Shown here one piece after another: positions 56,693-64,000 of a stretch of DNA of 64,000 nucleotides (its first letter is position 1; every line of letters begins with the position of its first letter). Made by a program: the position numbers and the translations under genes. A model generated the notes under the pieces. It worked only from the letters and a program-made list of their open reading frames with translations, ran no database searches and was not told where the DNA came from. The stretch is taken from positions 192,001-256,000 of the forward strand of contig CAXXGJ010000006.1 of NCBI GenBank assembly GCA_963677895.2. The letters run 5' to 3'. Source of the DNA: Treponemataceae bacterium (GTDB lineage Bacteria; Spirochaetota; Spirochaetia; Treponematales; Rectinemataceae).

Positions 56693-58638
56693 ACGAAGAA
56701 TCGAGAGAGGCGCGGCTTCCTTACGGTACAACCGAGAGCACGCCACAATACACATTCGACTATGAACCGATACGCGGGTACCCAGAGCTTCGTTGGACAG
56801 GGAAACGACCGTTTCGCGGTACTACATATTTCCCCGCGCAATTGAAAGAAAACCATGGCGACTCCGTCGATGGTTGGCGAAACAAGCTCTATTGGGGCGA
56901 TAATCTCCAGGTGATGAGTCATCTCCTTCGGGAATATCGTGGGAAAGTAAAGCTTATCTACATCGATCCTCCATTTGATTCCAAAGCTGACTACAAGAAG
57001 AAGATTGAACTTCGGGGCGCTAACGCCACAAGCGATGCGAGCGCTTTTGAAGAAAAGCAGTACACAGATATTTGGACGAATGATGAGTATCTGCAATTCA
57101 TGTATGAACGACTAATCCTAATGAGGGAATTGCTTGCGGAAGATGGGAGCATATTTCTTCACTGTGATGATACAAAAAATGCTTACCTTAAGTTACTTCT
57201 TGTCGAAGTGTTTTCTGAATCGAATTTTCGAAATGAAATAGTTTGGAAAAGATCAACAGCAACTGGGTTGGCAATGAAACGATGTGGGACGCTTCATGAT
57301 ACTATTTATTGGTTTTCAAAGAGTAATAACTATCAGTTTACAATGCAGTATCATAAATATGAAGAAGAATACCTAAAGCGAATTAGGAAAGACGAATCCG
57401 GACGAGACTATATCCCTATTCCAACAGGGAATCCAGGTCCAAGACCAAATCTTTATTATGAGTATAAAGGCTATCTACCCCACCCTAATGGATATAAATG
57501 GACTAGGGGAAAAATGGAAGAATTGGATCGCCAGGGGAGGCTTATATTTCCTGAGTCAAAAGAGGGACGGATACAGTATAAACAGTATCTAGATGAAATG
57601 GAGGGTGTAAAGCTACAAGACCTATGGATAGATATTCCGCCTGTAAATCCTGTTGCTAAGGAAAGACTTGGTTATCCAACACAAAAACCTGAAGCATTGA
57701 TTGAGAGAATTGTAAAAATGACGACGAAGCCTGGGGACCTTGTTTTTGATTGCTTCATGGGGTCCGGAACGGCTCAAGCAGTTTCAATGAAGCTCGGCCG
57801 TCGCTTTCTTGGTGCAGATATTAATTTAGGTGCCATACAGACAACTACTAAACGGCTACTTGGAATAGCAGATGAGCTAAAAAGCGGGATACCAGAGCTT
57901 GCTCTTGGTGATCTTGTTGAACCTGCAAAGATAATCACAGGATTTGAAGTCTTTACTGTCAATCATTACGACTTCTTTCGCAACGAACTCGAAGCTAAGG
58001 AATTGCTTATAGAAGCTCTCGAGTTACAGAAACTCCCTGGCAACATGCTTTGGGATGGAGAGAAGGAAGGATGGATGGTGAAGATCCTCGCTGTTAATCG
58101 CTTGGCTACAGCCGCCGATCTGAATCCCATCCTCGGAAACTTGGATTATAAAGCTTGGGAACGACGTTCACGAGAACATCCTGATAAACCAGTGGAACGA
58201 ATCAGGTTTGTCTGCATGGGACACGATCCGGATTTAAAGGCACAATTCTTAGATGAAATGGCTAAGATTGGTTTTAAAGTTGAGCTCGAGGTTCTCGATA
58301 TTTTGCGTGATAGGAAAGAACTTCAATTCAAGCGGGAAGCCGAAGCTAAGATTGTCCTTACGAAGAAAAAGCTTGAGATTCAGAGCTTCTACCCAATGAA
58401 CCTTTTACAGAAGCTTTCGTTCGACCGGGCGAAAGTTGGAGAGTGGCGCGAACTTGTCGATTCCGTCTTGATCGACTGGAACTATGATGGAGCAGTCTTT
58501 AGCCCCTCACTCTCGGATATTCCAGATAAGAATACCTTAGTAAGGGGTGCCTATGATGTCCCCGACGACGCTGGGACAATTAGGGTTAAAATAACCGACC
58601 TGATTGCCGAATCGTGGGAAGAGAACGTAGGAGCGTAG
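56689..58638 (+). CDS. mod: Type III R-M methyltransferase (Mod), beta-class amino-MTase
   Basis: WGDNL, IYIDPPF, YPTQKPE, DCFMGSGT. Confidence 0.9.
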   Translation: MNEESREARLPYGTTESTPQYTFDYEPIRGYPELRWTGKRPFRGTTYFPAQLKENHGDSVDGWRNKLYWGDNLQVMSHLLREYRGKVKLIYIDPPFDSKADYKKKIELRGANATSDASAFEEKQYTDIWTNDEYLQFMYERLILMRELLAEDGSIFLHCDDTKNAYLKLLLVEVFSESNFRNEIVWKRSTATGLAMKRCGTLHDTIYWFSKSNNYQFTMQYHKYEEEYLKRIRKDESGRDYIPIPTGNPGPRPNLYYEYKGYLPHPNGYKWTRGKMEELDRQGRLIFPESKEGRIQYKQYLDEMEGVKLQDLWIDIPPVNPVAKERLGYPTQKPEALIERIVKMTTKPGDLVFDCFMGSGTAQAVSMKLGRRFLGADINLGAIQTTTKRLLGIADELKSGIPELALGDLVEPAKIITGFEVFTVNHYDFFRNELEAKELLIEALELQKLPGNMLWDGEKEGWMVKILAVNRLATAADLNPILGNLDYKAWERRSREHPDKPVERIRFVCMGHDPDLKAQFLDEMAKIGFKVELEVLDILRDRKELQFKREAEAKIVLTKKKLEIQSFYPMNLLQKLSFDRAKVGEWRELVDSVLIDWNYDGAVFSPSLSDIPDKNTLVRGAYDVPDDAGTIRVKITDLIAESWEENVGA

Positions 58639-58639
58639 A

Positions 58640-61240
58640 ATGGCAAAGAAAATTGCTCTACCAGCAATAGTTACCCTCCCTTTCTTTGAGTATCTATGGA
58701 GCTTCTATCGCGCCAATCGCGGACAGATTCGATTCTCTTATAAAGATCTCACAAAAAGGCTCTTGGATTTCAATGACCCCTCCAATGCCGGAGCTTTCCT
58801 CCGAAAGCCGCAGTTCGAAGCGTTTGAGATGTATGTATTCCTAAAGGAGTACCTTGATAACCCCAAACTTGCCGAATTGCTCGATGACTGGCGTAATAAC
58901 AAAGGCAAGTTTCAGCTGAAGAATACTCCTGCGGCAGATCAGCAAGATCTCTTCGGTACTTTAGATGCAAACGTCTATGATGAAGCATTCAAAAAACTTG
59001 AGGCTGTTCGCCAGGATTATGCAAACTACATCTTTGCCTTAACGATGGGGGTAGGGAAAACCATCCTCATGGCATTGTGCATCTTCTATGAATTTCTGCT
59101 CGCTCGAAAATTCCCTTCAGATACACGTTTTTGCCATAATGCAATTGTCTTCGCTCCGGATACAACCGTGCTTCAGTCTCTCAAGGAGATACAAGAGTTC
59201 GATAAAACTAAGGTGATTCCCGCTGAATACGCTCGCGGCCTCAATGCTGAGATAAAATTCTATTTCCTCGAAGAATCTGGTGTAACGCTCAATACACTTG
59301 ATCGATCAAGCTTTAACGTTGTTATTTCCAACACACAAAAAATCATACGCAAACGCCAAAACGCGCAGAAATCAGCGTGCGACAAGCTCTTTGCTCAAGG
59401 CGACTGGGACGATGTACTAGCAGTAGACACCAATGCAGATCTGTACGATATTGGCGATGAAGAAGGGCTTTCGACCAATCAGCGTTTCCAGAAGCTTTCG
59501 CGGCTTCATCAGCTTGGTATCTATGTCGACGAAGCTCATCATGCATTTGGAAAGACTCTCAAGAAAGACATGGCAGATCATGAGTCTAAAACCAGTCTGC
59601 GCTTGACGATTGATAGCCTTGCCCGCGAACTCTTGCAAGCAGGCACTCGTGTCGTTGCCTGCTATAACTTCACCGGTACTCCTTACGTTGAGAATGAATT
59701 GATGCCGGAAGTGGTTTATGCCTTCTCATTGAAAGATGCGATTTCAGGCAGGTATCTCAAGACTGCTAAAGTCACACAGGTTCAAAATGCGCTCTCGCTA
59801 GAGTTTATTCGGAATGCTATAAAAAGCTTTGTGGCGGAACATGGCGATGCGCGATATGAAGGCATGCTCCCCAAGATGGCTATCTTCGCCGCGACCATCA
59901 ACGAACTTGAGCAAGAGCTTAAGCCTCAGGTCGAAAAAGTATTAATAGAATTGGGGCTACCCACATCAAGCATTCTCGTCAACGTTGGTGATGAAAAGCT
60001 CACAAGCCAAGACGATATCCGGGATTTTCGTTCACTCGACACTCGTGATTCCATTAAACAGTTCATTCTTTTGGTTGGGAAGGGGAAAGAAGGATGGAAC
60101 TGCCGATCCCTTTTTTCTGTAGCTCTCTTCAGACAACCGAAATCGAAGATCTTTGTCTTGCAGGCGACCATGCGCTGTCTTCGGTCGATAACTAGCGTTC
60201 AACAAGAAGGCCATGTTTTTCTCTCGAACGAGAACTACGAGATCCTAAAAGCTGAACTTGAAGCCAACTTCAGGCTCTCCGTCGATGAATTCCAGAGCAA
60301 ACCCGATGATGGGAAGAAGACAGTGATTCTCAAAGTTCACAAACCTCCGGTCTTTATCGATGTTGTAGAGTCTAAGACCCTCTATAACGTAGCAGAAAAG
60401 CATCCGCAGCCTGGGTATTCGCTAGGCCTTGATGAACTCGATACAACACAATATCGAATCACTTCGACCACTACGGATATCCGTAGCATCGAATCGGTTG
60501 AGGGAGGAACGCGCGATCTCTCGTCCTTACGCGACGATATTGAGTTTTCTGAGATAATGTTGGTTGCCGAAGTTTCCCGATATCTGAATAAGAGTCCTAT
60601 AGAAGTAGAAGAGCTCCTTTGCCAATCTGCCGAAAGAATGGAAGGCATCCTTGTTTGGGTGAATCGAGCAAACAGAATTCTCTATGACATTGTTATTCCA
60701 CGCCTTTTTAAGCACCTCTATGAAATAGAAGAGTATCAAGGCCCCAAGCATAAAGTACGAAAGTTGCTCGTAAAAGATCCGCCAAATGGTGAAGAGGGAT
60801 ATACGATGCGAGTAGATCCCGCTCTCTTCATAGAAGAATCAACGCTAGAGTATTCTACATACAAAGATAAAAGCTTCCATCTCTCTGGGTATGGCTTTGA
60901 TTCAACTCCCGAACTAGAGTTCTTCCGCCAAAACTTGCCGAACCTTCATATAAAGAAACTTTGGTTCACGGGGATGCTCACCGCAGGCCAGACAGAATTC
61001 AACGTCCATTATATCGACCCGAACTCAAACGCGCTTAGAACGTACTATCCGGACTTTCTGCTCGAGTTGGATGATGGAACGTATCTCATCGTTGAAATTA
61101 AAGGCGATCATATGATTGATGACCCGGTGACACAGGCCAAGAAAAGCTACGCGGAGCGTATGGCTGAGGCTAGTCGAATGCGATATAGACTGATTCCTGG
61201 TAGTCAGGCGGGGCATAAGATGGATATTTTTCTTGGATAA
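58640..61240 (+). CDS. res: Type III R-M restriction subunit (Res)
   Basis: MGVGKT, DEAHH, FTGTP, EGW, Q..MRCLR; C-terminal YYPDF...EIKG nuclease. Confidence 0.88.
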   Translation: MAKKIALPAIVTLPFFEYLWSFYRANRGQIRFSYKDLTKRLLDFNDPSNAGAFLRKPQFEAFEMYVFLKEYLDNPKLAELLDDWRNNKGKFQLKNTPAADQQDLFGTLDANVYDEAFKKLEAVRQDYANYIFALTMGVGKTILMALCIFYEFLLARKFPSDTRFCHNAIVFAPDTTVLQSLKEIQEFDKTKVIPAEYARGLNAEIKFYFLEESGVTLNTLDRSSFNVVISNTQKIIRKRQNAQKSACDKLFAQGDWDDVLAVDTNADLYDIGDEEGLSTNQRFQKLSRLHQLGIYVDEAHHAFGKTLKKDMADHESKTSLRLTIDSLARELLQAGTRVVACYNFTGTPYVENELMPEVVYAFSLKDAISGRYLKTAKVTQVQNALSLEFIRNAIKSFVAEHGDARYEGMLPKMAIFAATINELEQELKPQVEKVLIELGLPTSSILVNVGDEKLTSQDDIRDFRSLDTRDSIKQFILLVGKGKEGWNCRSLFSVALFRQPKSKIFVLQATMRCLRSITSVQQEGHVFLSNENYEILKAELEANFRLSVDEFQSKPDDGKKTVILKVHKPPVFIDVVESKTLYNVAEKHPQPGYSLGLDELDTTQYRITSTTTDIRSIESVEGGTRDLSSLRDDIEFSEIMLVAEVSRYLNKSPIEVEELLCQSAERMEGILVWVNRANRILYDIVIPRLFKHLYEIEEYQGPKHKVRKLLVKDPPNGEEGYTMRVDPALFIEESTLEYSTYKDKSFHLSGYGFDSTPELEFFRQNLPNLHIKKLWFTGMLTAGQTEFNVHYIDPNSNALRTYYPDFLLELDDGTYLIVEIKGDHMIDDPVTQAKKSYAERMAEASRMRYRLIPGSQAGHKMDIFLG

Positions 61241-61293
61241 GCGAATAAACTCGATTTTGTAAAAATGATTAAAAGCCAATGCTAGGAGGGAAT

Positions 61294-62511
61294 ATGAAGA
61301 GCGAAAACTCACAACGTATACTCGGTTATCTTCAACAATGCTTATCAAGTGATAAAAGACCTCTTAGCTTGTTTTTAGGCGCAGGGTGCCCGTTAGCAGT
61401 TAAAACAGGGCAAGACAAATCGGTTCCACTAATACCAGATATATCAGGAATAACACAGATAGTACGTAATGAATTATCAGAATGTTCAGAGTGTGGCCCT
61501 CTCTTGAAGGTAATAGAAGAGCACTTTATGACAGATGGGGTGGAAACAACATCTATTGAAGATATGCTTACACACATTCGTTCACTTAGGGCGGTCGCAG
61601 GTAATGCTGAAGTCCGTGGCCTTTCTGCAACAAATCTTGACAAATTGGATAACCGTATATGTCAAATAATATATAGAATTGTTGATAAAGAACTTCCAGG
61701 CATCGATACACCATACCATTATGTTGCTTCATGGGTTGATTCAGTAAGAAGAGAAAACCCAATCGAGGTGTTCACGACAAATTATGATTTACTAATGGAA
61801 CAAGCCTTTGAAGACAATAAGGTACCTTATTATGATGGATTTACCGGTGTACGCAAACCTTTTTTTGATCTTCGCGCAATGGAAGAAGACATGTTGCCAC
61901 CGCGATGGGCTCGACTGTGGAAAATACATGGGTCGATAAATTGGTATCAGGTAGATAATAAAGGAGTGTTTCGAGGAACTGCGGAAGAGAAACAGGGCTC
62001 TAAGCGTGTTATCCACCCATCGCACTTAAAATATCAAGAAAGCAGAAGATTGCCCTATTTAGCTATGATGGATCGCTTAAGAGCATTTTTTAAACATCCA
62101 ACTGCAACTTTACTTACATGTGGTTACTCATATCGGGATGAACACATTAATGAAATCATTATTCAGGGGCTTGAATACACGCAAACCGCTGTTGTCTTTG
62201 CTCTGCTATATGGAGACCTTGAGGTATATTCAAATGCGATTACTCTTGCTTTACGGAATTCAAATCTAAATTTATTGGCTAGTAATGGAGCGGTTATCGG
62301 AGGACAAAAAGTGGTCTGGCAAGAGCGAGAAGCTGAACAAGAAACGGAAGAATCAGTTGATTGGCTAGCCTGGAAAGCGGTTCCGTCTAGTCCTCAACCT
62401 GACAAGCAAAAGGCTGAGCTTTTACTTGGTGATTTTGCTATCTTTGGAAAATTTTTACATGAGCTTACTGGCACTCAAAAGCGCTTTATGGAGCAAGGGA
62501 ATGTCAACTAA
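61294..62511 (+). CDS. SIR2-like NADase (SIR2_2), Sir2-HerA defence system
   Basis: FLGAGC, FTTNYDLL.E, KIHGS..W, GYSYRDEHIN; AGGAGG RBS. Confidence 0.9.
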   Translation: MKSENSQRILGYLQQCLSSDKRPLSLFLGAGCPLAVKTGQDKSVPLIPDISGITQIVRNELSECSECGPLLKVIEEHFMTDGVETTSIEDMLTHIRSLRAVAGNAEVRGLSATNLDKLDNRICQIIYRIVDKELPGIDTPYHYVASWVDSVRRENPIEVFTTNYDLLMEQAFEDNKVPYYDGFTGVRKPFFDLRAMEEDMLPPRWARLWKIHGSINWYQVDNKGVFRGTAEEKQGSKRVIHPSHLKYQESRRLPYLAMMDRLRAFFKHPTATLLTCGYSYRDEHINEIIIQGLEYTQTAVVFALLYGDLEVYSNAITLALRNSNLNLLASNGAVIGGQKVVWQEREAEQETEESVDWLAWKAVPSSPQPDKQKAELLLGDFAIFGKFLHELTGTQKRFMEQGNVN

Positions 62512-64000
62512 TCCAACCTATTTGGGTACTGTTCAGGATGTTCAGGGTGCGACTATCAGTATTGCTCTAGATAAAGACACTATTTCTGGGCTCTCTTTTA
62601 TCGATGGTCATGGATATCGAATTGGCCAGATAGGAAGCCTAGTCCGTATATCGGTAGGTTTTATTGATTTATTTGGTATTGTATCACATGTTGGAGCAGG
62701 CGCAGTACCGGAATCAGTAGTTAATAATCAACCTTTTGGATACCGATGGCTAAAGGTGCAACTAATTGGTGAAGGGCGAAAATCAGGAGATTTTAAAAGA
62801 GGTATATCACAGTACCCAACTATAGGGGATGAAGCACATCTTGTTACTGAACAGGATCTTGTTGGTATCTATGGTAGACCAGAAAACCCATCTTATGTTC
62901 GTATTGGAGATTTGGCAAGTTCGGAATCTATACCAGCCTTAATCGATATTAATAAGCTCATCGCTCGACATAGTGCGATTGTGGGAACCACGGGATCAGG
63001 AAAATCGACTACAGTCGCAAGTATTCTTAGGTCAATATCTGATACTAGTGTTTATCCTTCTGCCCGAATTATTGTTCTAGATATTCATGGGGAATATCAT
63101 TCTGCTCTTGGGGACCGTGCGACAATTTTTCGTGTTAACGCAGATGAAGATTCAGGAGAGAAGCCACTGTATATTCCGTATTGGGCATTAACATTCGATG
63201 AGCTTATCAAAATTACACCTTTTAATGGAATAAATGATTCAGATCGTAGTGCATTGATCGAAAAGATTAAAACCCTAAAAACTGCATCACTTAATAAACA
63301 AGCAAGAAATGGAGTTACTGAGGATACGCTTACAGTAGACACACCCGTCCCATTCAGTATTCATAGACTTTGGTATGAGTTATATCGATTAGTATGTTCT
63401 ACACATACGGCACAATCAAATGGACAAAGCGATGCGACAGAGGCTATAGAGCCTAACCAAGAAGGGAAACCTATTTTGGGGGATATACTTAAAGTAACTG
63501 CACCTAAGTATAAACCCATCACTCAAGGTGGCACAAATCGAGTCTACTTAAGTTCTTCCCCTTTAAACATTCGGAGACAGGTTGTGGCGATGGAGTCTCT
63601 TCTTCGCGATTCAAGGTATGATTTTATCTTTCGTCCGGGACCTTGGTGCCCACTGCCAACACTGACCGATCTTGATACCCAACCAGAGAGAGATTTAGAT
63701 ACTCTAGTGCAATCATGGATAGGCAATAGCAAGCCAATAACAATTCTTGATTTATCCGGTGTCCCTGTTTCTATCCTTACTGACTTAATTGGTGCAGTTA
63801 TCCGGCTACTCTTTGATGCTCTTTTCTGGGCTCGCTACTTACCAGAGGGAGGAAGGGACAGACCGCTTTTATTTGTACTAGAAGAAGCGCATTCATACTT
63901 GAAGGTTGGAAGTGATGGTTCTGCATCTATCGCTGTCCGCCGAATAGTAAAAGAAGGCCGGAAATATGGATTGAGTGCGATGATTGTGAGTCAGCGCCCA
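62501..64000 (+). CDS. herA: HerA/DUF87 ATPase (partial, runs off the window; not in the ORF track)
   Basis: MSTNPTYLGTVQDVQG HAS barrel, RHSAIVGTTGSGKST, LEEAH, KEGRKYG...SQRP; overlaps SIR2 by 11 bp. Confidence 0.92.
   Translation, partial: MSTNPTYLGTVQDVQGATISIALDKDTISGLSFIDGHGYRIGQIGSLVRISVGFIDLFGIVSHVGAGAVPESVVNNQPFGYRWLKVQLIGEGRKSGDFKRGISQYPTIGDEAHLVTEQDLVGIYGRPENPSYVRIGDLASSESIPALIDINKLIARHSAIVGTTGSGKSTTVASILRSISDTSVYPSARIIVLDIHGEYHSALGDRATIFRVNADEDSGEKPLYIPYWALTFDELIKITPFNGINDSDRSALIEKIKTLKTASLNKQARNGVTEDTLTVDTPVPFSIHRLWYELYRLVCSTHTAQSNGQSDATEAIEPNQEGKPILGDILKVTAPKYKPITQGGTNRVYLSSSPLNIRRQVVAMESLLRDSRYDFIFRPGPWCPLPTLTDLDTQPERDLDTLVQSWIGNSKPITILDLSGVPVSILTDLIGAVIRLLFDALFWARYLPEGGRDRPLLFVLEEAHSYLKVGSDGSASIAVRRIVKEGRKYGLSAMIVSQRP

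Larger units (their letters stand above)
45680..64000 (+). mobile_element. tRNA-integrated element / defence island (right end outside the window)
   Basis: Abrupt drop in GC after the tRNA; integrase, Xis and Rep followed by defence genes. Confidence 0.9.

Noticed and set aside
45680..64000. Direct-repeat attR of the island
   Set aside because: No direct copy of the tRNA 3' end was found by eye; it is presumably beyond the window.

Overview
Replication-origin region of a GC-rich spirochaete chromosome (Spirochaetales/Treponemataceae-like, inferred from dnaA divergent from gyrB and the overall gene set). Positions 1-45.5 kb are housekeeping: yidC-yidD-rnpA-rpmH, dciA-recF-dnaN-dnaA with DnaA boxes and a DnaA-trio-like tract, gyrBA, two perfect parS sites, an RpoS-like sigma factor behind a consensus sigma54 promoter, glgX, fabDGF, thyX, anmK, two ABC transporters and glpK. 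At a tRNA-Ile2(CAT) gene (45606-45679) the DNA becomes markedly AT-richer and an integrated element begins that runs off the right edge. Its backbone is a tyrosine integrase, an RteC-like ORF, Xis, a DUF2292-like ORF, a RecA paralogue lacking Walker A, a gene II/X-type rolling-circle Rep with a candidate nick site, and an IS481-derived protein with all three DDE residues replaced. Its cargo is a defence cluster: UvrD/AddB-like helicase-nuclease, AbiL/RloAB-like pair, type III R-M and SIR2-HerA. The most unusual signal is the octamer TCCTTACG. I counted 13 copies on the + strand and 1 on the - strand of the element, in all three reading frames and clustered in one intergenic region, and saw none in the host part of the window. 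All calls are by eye from motifs; no database searches were run.
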